From a virus: 64,000 bases of DNA. The translations under genes and the position numbers were made by a program. Location of the stretch: the IMG/VR virus record IMGVR_UViG_3300032893_000018, positions 1 to 64,000 of that record; one strand, 5' to 3'. Below the pieces are notes generated by a model, which was not told the origin of the DNA, did not search any database, and saw only the letters and a program-made list of their open reading frames with translations. Of this stretch, positions 18,407 to 28,110 are shown in pieces (within the stretch, counting starts at the first letter, position 1; the number at the start of each line of letters is the position of its first letter).

Positions 18407-19852
18407 ATGGCGCGCAAGCGGAGCGAGGCGAACGAGGCGCCGAAGGACGTCGTTCGTGTCCCGATCGATCCGATCAACGAGCAGGTGATCATCGCGGCCG
18501 CATGCTGCAGCAAGGAGGCGGCCGACGCGCTCCTGCCGGCCTACCCGCCCGACTTCTTCTTCGCGAAGGGTCACGCGCGCATGTGGGAGGTGCTGCGCGC
18601 GATGCACGCGCAAAAGCTCTACTACGACCCGGCGACCGTCGCGCAGATGTCGGGCGGCGACGTCGACGTGAAGTACCTGGAGGAGCTCGTGCGCGAGCGC
18701 CCCGCACCGCCGCCGAACCTCCGCCACCACGTCGGCAACCTCCGGTGGGATCGCGCGCGCGTGGAGGCGACGCGGGGCCCGCTGTCGGCGCTCCACGAGG
18801 CGCTGAAGGACGTGACGTCGAAGCCCGACCGCGTGCGCGCGCTGTCGCGCCAGCTCGCCGACGCGCTCGACGGCTACGGGTCCGACGGGTACCTGCGCAG
18901 CGGCGCCGCGATCGCGCGCGAGCACGCGGCGGAGCTCGAGCGGCGCCGCGCGGGCGAGGCGTGCTTCCCGTACGGGATCCCGGGGCTCGACGTGTACACG
19001 GAGGGCGTCAAGCAGGGGCAGCCGCGCATGGTGCCCGGCGCGGCGCCGAAGAAGACCACGCTGTTCACGGGCGTGTCGGGGTCGTGCAAATCGACGATGG
19101 CCGCCTTCGTCGCGCTCGCGCAGGCGGGCATGCGGCGCCGCGTGCTCTTCGGATCGTGGGAGGAGGAGGAGGCGATCTCGCTCGAGCTGATCGCGTGCAT
19201 CGACCTCGGGTACTCGCGCGCGGACATCAGCGCGGGCAGGTTCAACGCGGACGACCAGCGCCAGATCCTCCAGCGCATGGAGGAGCTCGGGGAGTTCATC
19301 CAGTTTTTCGTGCTGCCGTTCGGGCGCGCGCGCGGCGAGCGGCAGTACAACGACAAGGCGCTCGACCTCGTGCACCAGGTGGTCGCCGACGCGCGCGCCG
19401 ACATCTTCATCGCGGACCTGATGCGGCGCGCGCTGAAGGAGACCGACCCGGACGACGAGGAGCAGGCGCTGTTTCGGCTCCAGCAGATGGGCAAGGAGTT
19501 GAACGTCCATCAGCTGTGGCTGCACCAGCAGCGGCTGAAGGACGTCGAGGCACGCACCGACCGGCGCCCGACGCGCGAGGGGATGAAGGGGTCCTCCGCG
19601 TGGGTCGAGGTGCCCGACTCGATCATCGGGTTCCACCGCCCCGCGTTGTGGAAGTCGGTTCCCGACGATCGGTTGGAGATGATCATCCTGAAGCAGCGCC
19701 GCGGCGCGTGGCCGCAGGCGATCGAGTTCGACTGGGATCCGGAGTACGTGACGGTCGAGAACGGCCGCACGATCGACTACCTGCGACCGGGCGAGGAGTC
19801 CGACGTCGACGGGTTCCTCGCGTCGCCGAAGAAGGGAAAGGGCGGGTGGTGA
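18407..19852 (+). CDS. DnaB-like replicative helicase
   Basis: N-domain EQVII..DFFFAKGHARMW; Walker A GVSGSCKST; IFIAD; LHQ; IILKQRRG. Confidence 0.85.
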   Translation: MARKRSEANEAPKDVVRVPIDPINEQVIIAAACCSKEAADALLPAYPPDFFFAKGHARMWEVLRAMHAQKLYYDPATVAQMSGGDVDVKYLEELVRERPAPPPNLRHHVGNLRWDRARVEATRGPLSALHEALKDVTSKPDRVRALSRQLADALDGYGSDGYLRSGAAIAREHAAELERRRAGEACFPYGIPGLDVYTEGVKQGQPRMVPGAAPKKTTLFTGVSGSCKSTMAAFVALAQAGMRRRVLFGSWEEEEAISLELIACIDLGYSRADISAGRFNADDQRQILQRMEELGEFIQFFVLPFGRARGERQYNDKALDLVHQVVADARADIFIADLMRRALKETDPDDEEQALFRLQQMGKELNVHQLWLHQQRLKDVEARTDRRPTREGMKGSSAWVEVPDSIIGFHRPALWKSVPDDRLEMIILKQRRGAWPQAIEFDWDPEYVTVENGRTIDYLRPGEESDVDGFLASPKKGKGGW

Positions 19853-19930
19853 TCGGCGGCATGACCCGAGCGTGGTGGTTCGCTGCTGGCTCTACCTTCC
19901 GCCGCGACGCGCGACGAGAGTCGGCGTGGT

Positions 19931-20938
19931 GTGGGGAGGGCAAGCAGCGTCGAGGTGGTGCCGCGTGCTGACGTGGGTGATCGTTTGATCGGCCTGCCCG
20001 AGGTGCTGCGCGGACTCGGCATCCATTCCCAGCGGAGGGGGCATCGACTCGTCGCGCACTGCCCGCACCCGGACCACGCCGATCGATCGCCGTCGTGGGC
20101 GATCTGGGTGCACGACGACGGGTCGATCCGCCACAAGTGCCTGTCGTGCGGGTGGGGCGGCGGCGTGGGGCGCCTCGTGATGACCGTGCTCGGGTGCACG
20201 TGGGAAGAGGCGCGCGAGTGGCTACGCGGCGCGGAGGTGGCGGGGCCCGGCACGCCGCTCGAAGCGGAGGTCGAGATCCGCGGGGTGAAGGATCCCGTCG
20301 ACGCCGCGTCGACGCCGTTCGGCGTCGAGCACGCGCCGCTCGCCGACTGGCCGACGCCCGCTCGCCGCTACCTCGAAGATCGCGCCATCACGCCCGAGCA
20401 GGTCGACCGGTTCGGGATCGGGTTCGCCGTCGGCGGCGACTTGATCGGGCGCGTGTGGATCCCGGTGCGCGACCGCGAGCTCCGGCTGCTCGCGTGGACG
20501 GCGCGCGCGTTCGACGGCCGGCCGCCGAAGTACCGCGAGCCGGGCGCCGACGTGAAGATCGATCCGGGCGCGCTCATGGGCCAGCAGGAGTGGCCCGCCG
20601 AGCCCGACATCGTCGTCGTCGTCGAGGGGCCGTTCGACGGACTCGCCATCGACTCGCTCGGGATGTCGTTCGCCGTGCTGCGCGGTTCCGACATGCATCC
20701 GCTGAAGGCGTCGCGGCTCGCGCGGTTCCCGATCGTGATCGTCGCGACAGATGCCGACGCAGCGGGCGACAAGGCGGCGGCGCTCGTATCTGGGATCGGG
20801 AGATGGTCGGCCGTCGTGCGCGCCGACCTACAGCCCGGCGTCGATCCGGCGGAGCTCCGAGTGCGGGACGCGTCAGCGCTTCGATCGATCATCATGGAGG
20901 CGGCCCGCCGTGGCTTACGTCTGGTCCGCGATCGGTGA
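19931..20938 (+). CDS. DNA primase (CHC2 zinc finger + TOPRIM)
   Basis: CPHPDH..SPSW..KCLSCGWGG; VVVEGPFD; ATDADAAG. Start uncertain. Confidence 0.85.
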   Translation: MGRASSVEVVPRADVGDRLIGLPEVLRGLGIHSQRRGHRLVAHCPHPDHADRSPSWAIWVHDDGSIRHKCLSCGWGGGVGRLVMTVLGCTWEEAREWLRGAEVAGPGTPLEAEVEIRGVKDPVDAASTPFGVEHAPLADWPTPARRYLEDRAITPEQVDRFGIGFAVGGDLIGRVWIPVRDRELRLLAWTARAFDGRPPKYREPGADVKIDPGALMGQQEWPAEPDIVVVVEGPFDGLAIDSLGMSFAVLRGSDMHPLKASRLARFPIVIVATDADAAGDKAAALVSGIGRWSAVVRADLQPGVDPAELRVRDASALRSIIMEAARRGLRLVRDR

Positions 20939-21209
20939 GCTCGTGCGCACGAACCCGCCGCGCGCGCGGCGGGCGATCGTGGAGGCGCTCGAGCTGTCGG
21001 GGGGCAACGTGCGCCGCGCCGCGCACGTGCTCGTCATCGAGCGTCGGACGTTGCAGCGATGGCTGTGGCGGCTTAGCCTGTGGTCGGAAGTCGATCGCAT
21101 CCGAGCGGCCGCGGCGGCGGCTTACGCGGAGCGGCGACGGGCGCAGACAGGAAGAGACGATGGACGAGCTAGACCAGGTTTTCGAGGCGTGCGCAGGGAT
21201 GTCGCCTGA
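20910..21209 (+). CDS. Fis-like HTH protein
   Basis: IVEALELSGGNVRRAAHVLVIERRTLQRWL. Confidence 0.7.
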   Translation: MAYVWSAIGELVRTNPPRARRAIVEALELSGGNVRRAAHVLVIERRTLQRWLWRLSLWSEVDRIRAAAAAAYAERRRAQTGRDDGRARPGFRGVRRDVA

Positions 21210-21336
21210 CGACATCATGTCGGCGATCGAAGAGTCCGGCGTGCAGGTGGACGACGCCGCGCAGCTCGCGGCCTACCTCGCATCGCGCGCTGAAGCGTGA
21301 AGTCGCGCGCGCAAGGCGCGGCATGAAAGGACGGCC

Positions 21337-21600
21337 GTGGCGTTCCAACATCAACCGCTCGGGATGCTCGTCGCGACGAACCCGGACGAGGCAGCGCGGA
21401 AGATCAACGCGGCGCTCGCTCGCGAGGGCGGGCTCGTGCTTCGCGCGGCGACGCGGCTCGGCGTCGGGCACACGTCGCTGAAGCGGTGGATCGCCAAGCT
21501 CGGCACGCGCATCCGGGCGCGAGCCCCCCGCGGGGGCGTGCCGGGCAACCGGGCGCGCGCGCGGAAACCGCAGAAAACCCGCCAGCTCGCCGCCGACTGA
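21337..21600 (+). CDS. Fis-like HTH protein (paralog)
   Basis: INAALAREGGLVLRAATRLGVGHTSLKRWI. Confidence 0.7.
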   Translation: MAFQHQPLGMLVATNPDEAARKINAALAREGGLVLRAATRLGVGHTSLKRWIAKLGTRIRARAPRGGVPGNRARARKPQKTRQLAAD

Positions 21601-21646
21601 AAAAAGGTTTGCACGGTGGGCCATGTTGGCCTATCTATCGGGTGTC
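21601..21646 (+). promoter_or_regulatory. Sigma70-like promoter with palindromic operator
   Basis: TTGCAC-N17-TATCTA containing TGGGCCATGTTGGCCTA; near-identical to 34224-34268. Confidence 0.65.
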
Positions 21647-21705
21647 ACCGCGACAGGCCGGCAATCAAGCCGGATGCGTCGGTGAAAACCGAAAGACAGG
21701 CCACC

Positions 21706-22839
21706 GTGAAATCAGGAAAGTCGCTTCAGGAGCTCGCGCAGGAACTCGACCGTCAAGCCACCGCCCGCAAGGATTACATCGCGCCGCAGGGCAAGGTCGT
21801 CGCGCGTGCCGTCACGCCGGGCGAGGGCGACGCGCTCGCGCCCGACGTCGTGCTCGACGGGTTCAACGGCAACGCGCTCGCGATCAACGGGCACGCGCAC
21901 AAGCAGCTCGCCGACGTGCTCGGCATCCCGACCCGGTACTACGACCGCATGCGCACGGAGCAGCCGGCGCTCCTCGCGCAGAACATCAACACGTGGCTTC
22001 ACGACGAACCGAACGCGAAGCGGATGATCCGCACGCTCGACGGCAAGGTGCGCGCGGTGCTGTCGCCGAAGTACCGGCCGCTCGACAACTTCGAGCTCGC
22101 GCAGGCGGTGCTCCCGAAGCTCGTGAACCTCGGCGTGCAGATCATGTCGAGCGAGCTCACGGAGACACGCATGTACATCAAAGCGATCCTCCCGGAGCTA
22201 TCGGACGAGCTCCCGGCGGGGCTCTCATGGGGCAGCGGTCACAACCGCGTCGCGGAGTACGAGGGCAACCGCGCGGGCCGCGTCGTCGCAGCCATCGTGA
22301 TCTCGAACAGCGAGGTCGGCGCGGGCACGCTCCGGATCGAGCCGTCGGTGTTCACGACGTGGTGCACGAACCTCGCGGTGATGAAGTCCGCCGCGATGAA
22401 GAAGTACCACGTGGGCCGCGCGTCGGAGGCGTCAGACAACTGGGAGGTGTTCCGCGACGAGACGCGCGCCGCGGACGACCGCGCGTTCTTCCTCAAGGTC
22501 GCCGACGTCACCGACGCGGCCTTCGACCGCAAGGTGTTCGCGGCGGCGATCGACCAGATCCGCCAGGCGGGCGCGGACCCGATCGAGTCGAAGGACTTGT
22601 CGAAGGTCGTCGAGGCGACGGTGAAGGAGCTCGCGCTGCCGGTGTCGACGCAGGGTTCGATCCTGACGTACCTCGCGCAGGGCGGCGACCTGACGCGGTG
22701 GGGCTTGTCGTCCGCGGTCACGGCCACGGCGAACGGGTTCGACGACTACGAGGGCGCGACCGAGCTCGAACGCGCGGGCGGTGAGATCCTCGCGATGGAC
22801 CAGGGGCGGTGGAAGACCATCGCCCGGGTCGCCGCCTGA
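21706..22839 (+). CDS. DUF932/DUF945-like phage protein
   Basis: HKQLA..LGIP..YYDRM, MIRTLDG.VRAVLS.KYRPLDN, ISNSEVGAG, WCTNL. Confidence 0.75.
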   Translation: MKSGKSLQELAQELDRQATARKDYIAPQGKVVARAVTPGEGDALAPDVVLDGFNGNALAINGHAHKQLADVLGIPTRYYDRMRTEQPALLAQNINTWLHDEPNAKRMIRTLDGKVRAVLSPKYRPLDNFELAQAVLPKLVNLGVQIMSSELTETRMYIKAILPELSDELPAGLSWGSGHNRVAEYEGNRAGRVVAAIVISNSEVGAGTLRIEPSVFTTWCTNLAVMKSAAMKKYHVGRASEASDNWEVFRDETRAADDRAFFLKVADVTDAAFDRKVFAAAIDQIRQAGADPIESKDLSKVVEATVKELALPVSTQGSILTYLAQGGDLTRWGLSSAVTATANGFDDYEGATELERAGGEILAMDQGRWKTIARVAA

Positions 22840-22859
22840 GCGGCTCCGATGCGGGGTAC

Positions 22860-22896
22860 CCGCGCGCCACGGATTACCGGAATCCGTGGCGCGCGG
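22860..22896. terminator. 16-bp-stem hairpin built around palindrome copy 2
   Basis: CCGCGCGCCACGGATT-ACCGG-AATCCGTGGCGCGCGG after the DUF932 stop; no U-tract. Confidence 0.45.
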
Positions 22897-22930
22897 ACCC
22901 CCGACGCGGAGCCGCGCGGGAGAAAAGGAC

Positions 22931-23176
22931 ATGGGAGAAATGGCAATCACAACGACGTTCGATTCGTTGGCGGTGAGGCATCAGCGAGATAAGTGGGTCG
23001 TGGTCGCGTTCGGCCACGTGCTCGCGTACTGCGACACCGAGATGGAAGCGGTTGGGTTCGCGAAGGCGGTGGAAGAAGCGGCCGACGGTGCCGCCGCGTT
23101 CGCGGCCGAAGCGGACGACCAGGAGGACTACACGCTGACGAACCCGGATCGCGAGCGCTTCGGGGGGCTCGGGTGA
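22931..23176 (+). CDS. Small acidic hypothetical protein
   Basis: ATG with AAAAGGA/GGAG RBS. Confidence 0.5.
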   Translation: MGEMAITTTFDSLAVRHQRDKWVVVAFGHVLAYCDTEMEAVGFAKAVEEAADGAAAFAAEADDQEDYTLTNPDRERFGGLG

Positions 23177-23838
23177 GCTCGTTCGCGGATGAGCTCATGG
23201 CCTGCCGCTCGGGGGCGATCGACGTCCCCGAGCTTCTCCGCCGCACGGCGCCCGTGTGGCGGCGGTTCGCCCGATATCTCCTTCGCAAGTGGCGCGCCCC
23301 GCTCGGCGTCGACGAGGAGGACGTGGTGCAGGAGGTGCTCGCCGCGGGCATCCCGGCGATCAAGGCGTGGGACCCGTCACGCGGGCCCGCGATCGACGCA
23401 TACGTGCAGTTCCAGGCGCTCGACAAGGCGAAGAAGTGGCTGCACACGCAGCGCAAGGCGAAGCGGCGCGACGACTCGGCGCCGTCGCGCGCGCCGCTCA
23501 CGTACACGCAGCTCGGGCTCGAAACGGCGGCGGACATCGAGCGCGTGGAGTCGTTTCGCACGCCGTGGTCGGCGACGCCCGAGGAGGTGGCGACCGAGCG
23601 GGAGGCGATTGCCCGCGTGGCCGAGCAGCTCAGGGCGGAGGCGCAGCGGTTCGTGGGCGAGGACCGCGGCATCCTGACGGCGCTGGCCGATGCCCGCTTG
23701 TGCGTGGACGATGCGGCGGAGTCGCTTCCGCTCGACGTCAGGATCGGACTGAGGCTATCCAACGTCGACGGCGCGCGCGCGGTCGTCCGACGTGCGATCG
23801 ATCGACTGCGCGCATCAACAGGAGGATCCGCATCATGA
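23173..23838 (+). CDS. Phage sigma70-family factor
   Basis: Region-2-like DEEDVVQEVL..AIKAWDPSRG..IDAYV. Confidence 0.65.
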   Translation: MSSFADELMACRSGAIDVPELLRRTAPVWRRFARYLLRKWRAPLGVDEEDVVQEVLAAGIPAIKAWDPSRGPAIDAYVQFQALDKAKKWLHTQRKAKRRDDSAPSRAPLTYTQLGLETAADIERVESFRTPWSATPEEVATEREAIARVAEQLRAEAQRFVGEDRGILTALADARLCVDDAAESLPLDVRIGLRLSNVDGARAVVRRAIDRLRASTGGSAS

Positions 23839-24908
23839 ACGTGAACATCGAGAAGGTCAGCGAAACCGCCCTTGCGGGCTACTGCAAGTCGCGCGGGATC
23901 AAAGTCCCGCGGGGCATCACGCTCCGCGAGAAGGTGAAGCTCGTCGAGACGCACCAGGTGGAGACCGTGCCCGACGACAACCTGTCGGAGCCGTGCACGG
24001 TGTGCGGCGGCGAGTCCGACACGAAGCTCGCCGCGTGCCCGTTCTGTGGCGCGGCAGGTATCGACGGCATGGTCGACGGCAAGCCGGTCGAGGCCGAGGG
24101 GCACGTCGTGCCCGACACGGAAGGGCCGCCGAAGGAGGCGAAGAAGAGCAGGAAGAAGCGGTCGGAGGCGGGACCGCCGGAGGTCGAGTCGCCGCCGAGC
24201 ACGACGCTTGCCGCCGACCACCCGCTGGAAGTCGGCATCGCGCGCGTGTTCGAGGCGAAGCGGGCGGGCGCGAACTGCATGTGGGACCTCGGCCGCGCGC
24301 TGATCGGGATCTTCGAGCACAACCTGTGGAAGCACCGCGTCGACGCGAACGGGAAGCCCAAGTACCGCGGGTGGAACCAGTTCGTGCAGGAGGAGCTCGA
24401 GATCGTGCCGAGCTACTCCTACAGGGTGATGGACGTCGCCGCGAACTTCTCGCGCGAGCAGTTCGTGTCGATCGGCGTGAAGAAGCTCACGTACTTGCTC
24501 GGCATCGGCGATCAGGACCGCAAGGAATTGATCGCGCGCACGCGCGACGAGAAGCTTACGGCGGAGCAGCTCGCCGACATCGTTTCCAAGATGAATAAGA
24601 GCGGCAAGAAGCCGAAGGGTCGCACGGCGGCGGCGACGCAGGCGGCGGCGGACAAGGCGGCGAAGCGCAAGGAAGGGCAGGGCGTGACCGCGATCGTCGC
24701 GCTCGGTCGGCAGACCGTGCCGCTATTCGCGCGTCCGTCGAAGGCGAATGGCAAGGGCAAGGACGAGAAGCCGAAGCACGCGAAGAAGATCGCGGACGAC
24801 CCGCACGGCCAGCTCGAACTGCACAACGGCGTCGTGATGCACTTCCGCCTCATGATGGGCGCGAAGGGCTTGAACCTCGTCGTGGAGACGCGGCGCACCG
24901 AGTCCTGA
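23835..24908 (+). CDS. Hypothetical DNA-binding protein with zinc ribbon
   Basis: CTVC/CPFC motifs, Lys-rich, AGGAGG RBS. Confidence 0.6.
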   Translation: MNVNIEKVSETALAGYCKSRGIKVPRGITLREKVKLVETHQVETVPDDNLSEPCTVCGGESDTKLAACPFCGAAGIDGMVDGKPVEAEGHVVPDTEGPPKEAKKSRKKRSEAGPPEVESPPSTTLAADHPLEVGIARVFEAKRAGANCMWDLGRALIGIFEHNLWKHRVDANGKPKYRGWNQFVQEELEIVPSYSYRVMDVAANFSREQFVSIGVKKLTYLLGIGDQDRKELIARTRDEKLTAEQLADIVSKMNKSGKKPKGRTAAATQAAADKAAKRKEGQGVTAIVALGRQTVPLFARPSKANGKGKDEKPKHAKKIADDPHGQLELHNGVVMHFRLMMGAKGLNLVVETRRTES

Positions 24909-24929
24909 CCGCCGGCATTACCGCCGACC

Positions 24930-27434
24930 ATGGTCGAGGCGATCGGAGCGTTCTACGACGGCCGCGACGTCGTGTCGTGGACTCGGGACCCGGGCGGCAG
25001 GCGCGTGTGGCGCCGCGCCCGGGCCGAGCATTCTTGCTACCTGCGATCGGCGGACGTCGCGGCGAACGAGGAGGTGAAGCGGTGGCTGCGCAGTTCGCAG
25101 CTCGTGACGGGCGTCGCTGACGATGGCACGTGGACGCACGTATCGTTCAAGGACTCCGACGTGCTGTATCGCGCGTGCGCGCCCCGCGTGCGAGTGCCCG
25201 ACGGCGAGCCGCGCCCGGGGCTGTTCCCCGGCCTCAAGATCCAGTCGTTTGAGGGCGACCTCCGGCCGGTGCAGCGCTGGCTCCTGGAGAAGTCGGTGCG
25301 CATTGTGCCGGGCCGCCGGTGCTACCTCGACATCGAGGCCGACAGCCGCGTTCCGATCAGCAAGAAGGAGCAGGCCCGCATCCTGTCGTGGACGATCGGC
25401 GACGAGCAGGGCGAGATGGTCACGGGGATGCTCGCGGAGGACTCGAACGACGCCGAGCGCGAGCTCCTCCTCGACCTGTTCAACGAGCTGGAGGCGTACG
25501 ACCAGATCGTCGGCTGGTACCTCGACGGGTACGACAAGCCCGTGATCGCGGCGCGCACGGAGGCTCGGCGCGTGACGGTCGACCCGCGGTCGTGGGTGTG
25601 GACGGACTTCCTCCCGATCTTCGACCGCTACAACATGAACGCCAGCAAGAGCGGCGACGAGAAGCAGTCGCTGAAGCTCGACGACGTGGCGCGCGCGGTC
25701 GCGGGCGTCGGCAAGCTGGAGGGCGTCGACGGGTCGCAGAGCTACGCGCTGTGGTTGACGGATCGCCCGCGGCTCGGCCGGTACAACGTCCAGGACGTGT
25801 GGTGCATGATCAAGGTGAACGAGGCCACGGGGTACCTCGACGTGCACGACGCGATCGCGCAGGAGTGCGGCGTGCTGCCCGACACGAACGGCGCGAACCC
25901 GCTACGCTTCGTGGACGCGTTCATCCTCCGACTCGCGCGCGAGCGGGGCATGCGGCTCCCGTCGATGTTCGGCAAGGGCGAGGCGCCGACGAACCTCGGG
26001 CAGTTCGAGGGCGCGTACGTGCTCGACCCGGCCCGCACGGGGCTGATCGACGACGTGCACGTGTGCGACTTCGCCGGCATGTACCCGTCGATCATCCGCA
26101 CGTGGAACATGAGTGCGGAGACGTGGGCGCCCGACGTGCAGCTCACCGCGGGCGCGACGCCGACCTATCTCCGGCACCTGCCCGCGGACACGACGCGGAA
26201 ACCGATCCCCGACGGCCACTGCGCGGCGCCGAATGACACCGTCTTCAGGACGGAGCCCGAGGGGATCCTCTCGATCGCGTGCGGCCAGCTGATGGCGCGC
26301 CGCAAGCACTGGACCGAGCTCCAGGCGAGCTTCCCGCCGGGCACGCCCGAGGCGACGGACGCGGCGCGCCGCGCGGGCGGGTTCAAGATCGCGATCAACA
26401 GTTTCTACGGCGTGCAGGGTTGCCCGTTCTTCCGCGTGCACGAGCGCGACGTCGCGGAGGCCGTGTCGACGACGGGGTCGTGGCTGATCCGGCTCGTGCT
26501 CGCCGAGGCCGAGAAGCGCGGATGGAAGGCGGAGTACGGCGACACCGACTCGGCGTTCGTCAGCGGGTGCAGCGAGGAGCAGTTCCGAGAGTTCGTGCGG
26601 TGGTGCAACGACGTGCTGTTCCCGCGCGAGTGCGAGCGGATGAAGACGCCGCGCATGCTCCTCAAGCTCGAGTACGAGAAGGCGTTCGAGCGGCTCGTGA
26701 TGGTCGGGAAGAAGACGTACGCGGGCCGATACGCGCACTACAAGGGCAAGCGCGCCTCCGACGCGAGCGAGCCGGAGATCAAGGGGCTCGAGTACAAGCG
26801 CGGCGACGCGGTGAGGATGGCGCGCGCGATGCAGGCGGAGGTGCTCGACCTCCTCCTCGGCGGCGGCGTGAAGATCGACGGCGTCGCGAGCCCGCGCCGC
26901 GAGCGGTGCGAGGACGACCCGGCGGTGTTCGTCGCGCTCGTCGAGCGGTGGAAGGAGCGGATCATGCGCGGACCGCTCACCGTCGACGACGTGATCGTGT
27001 CCGTCGTCATGAACAAGGAACTCGACGACTACGCTTCTCGGAAAAAGAAGGACGGCAACTGGGCGGCGCAGCCGCCGCACGTCGAGATCGGCAAGCGGCT
27101 CCGCTCCGCTGGCGTGCCCGTCGGCGAGGGGACCAGGATCCGGTACTACGTGCGCGACGGCGCGACGTCGCCGCTCGGCGTCGCGCACGAGAGCGAGTGG
27201 AAGGACGACGTCGATCGCTACTACCTGTGGGACGAGAAAGTGTTCGAGCCGTCGCACCGCGTACTCGCGGCGGCGTTCCCCGGCATCCGGTGGAAGGACC
27301 ACCTCGAGCGGCAACGGGTGAAGTCCGCGCTAAAGGCGATCCAGGCGTTCGCCGCGAGCCTTTCGCGCGCGGCGAAGGTGGACGCGCGCGCGCCGAAGAA
27401 GAAAGACGCCGCCGGGCAGGGCCGCTTGTTCTGA
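24930..27434 (+). CDS. polB: Family B DNA polymerase
   Basis: Exo LDIE; DFAGMYPSII; KIAINSFYG; YGDTDS; KKTYAG. Confidence 0.95.
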   Translation: MVEAIGAFYDGRDVVSWTRDPGGRRVWRRARAEHSCYLRSADVAANEEVKRWLRSSQLVTGVADDGTWTHVSFKDSDVLYRACAPRVRVPDGEPRPGLFPGLKIQSFEGDLRPVQRWLLEKSVRIVPGRRCYLDIEADSRVPISKKEQARILSWTIGDEQGEMVTGMLAEDSNDAERELLLDLFNELEAYDQIVGWYLDGYDKPVIAARTEARRVTVDPRSWVWTDFLPIFDRYNMNASKSGDEKQSLKLDDVARAVAGVGKLEGVDGSQSYALWLTDRPRLGRYNVQDVWCMIKVNEATGYLDVHDAIAQECGVLPDTNGANPLRFVDAFILRLARERGMRLPSMFGKGEAPTNLGQFEGAYVLDPARTGLIDDVHVCDFAGMYPSIIRTWNMSAETWAPDVQLTAGATPTYLRHLPADTTRKPIPDGHCAAPNDTVFRTEPEGILSIACGQLMARRKHWTELQASFPPGTPEATDAARRAGGFKIAINSFYGVQGCPFFRVHERDVAEAVSTTGSWLIRLVLAEAEKRGWKAEYGDTDSAFVSGCSEEQFREFVRWCNDVLFPRECERMKTPRMLLKLEYEKAFERLVMVGKKTYAGRYAHYKGKRASDASEPEIKGLEYKRGDAVRMARAMQAEVLDLLLGGGVKIDGVASPRRERCEDDPAVFVALVERWKERIMRGPLTVDDVIVSVVMNKELDDYASRKKKDGNWAAQPPHVEIGKRLRSAGVPVGEGTRIRYYVRDGATSPLGVAHESEWKDDVDRYYLWDEKVFEPSHRVLAAAFPGIRWKDHLERQRVKSALKAIQAFAASLSRAAKVDARAPKKKDAAGQGRLF

Positions 27435-27458
27435 CGGGGGCGGCATAACCCCCGGCCC

Positions 27459-28082
27459 ATGGCCATGCGAAAACGCAGCGAGATCGGAACGTCACAACCC
27501 GAGGCGCAGGGTGAGCCCGCGCCCGAGCCCCCGGCGCGTGAGGTGCGCACGCCCGAACCCAAGGCGGCCGCGTCGCCGCCGGGCGCGCCGCGCCGAATGG
27601 CGTCGATGGACGAGTACGACGCGATCGTGTCGTCCGTGTTCAACCTCCCCGACCCGGGCGCGGTGCACGTGGAGCTCGAGCGCGCGCTGGAACTATCCAT
27701 GCAGCCGTCGCGCGCGCAGTACGGGATGATCGCCGACGAGCTCGACAAGGCTCAGAAGCGGTGGTGGCAGGCCGTGCGGCTCCATGCCGGCGCGAAGGTC
27801 GCGCTCGCGAACTTCGAGATCGACGCGGCCGTGACGATGGGCGCGATCCGGGAACACGCCATCGAGGTGCTGCAATCGGAGAAGGAGAAGGGGCTTCGCA
27901 GCAAGGCGATCACGGAGGCCGACGTCGAGCTGTGCTCGGCGAAGATGCACCCGGACGAGTACCGGCAGCTCCGGCAGGGCGAGGAGCGCGCGAAGCAGAT
28001 GGTCGCCGCGATGGCGACCTTCGCGGACATCTGGAAGCAGCGGTGCCGCGCGCTCGAGGTGATGGCGCAGGGCGCGCGCTGA
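27459..28082 (+). CDS. Helical protein, possible UvsY-like recombination mediator
   Basis: Coiled-coil with SKAITEADVE; lies between Pol and RecA. Function is inference. Confidence 0.45.
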   Translation: MAMRKRSEIGTSQPEAQGEPAPEPPAREVRTPEPKAAASPPGAPRRMASMDEYDAIVSSVFNLPDPGAVHVELERALELSMQPSRAQYGMIADELDKAQKRWWQAVRLHAGAKVALANFEIDAAVTMGAIREHAIEVLQSEKEKGLRSKAITEADVELCSAKMHPDEYRQLRQGEERAKQMVAAMATFADIWKQRCRALEVMAQGAR

Positions 28083-28110
28083 AGTTTTCGACGCAACGAA
28101 AGGACGAACG

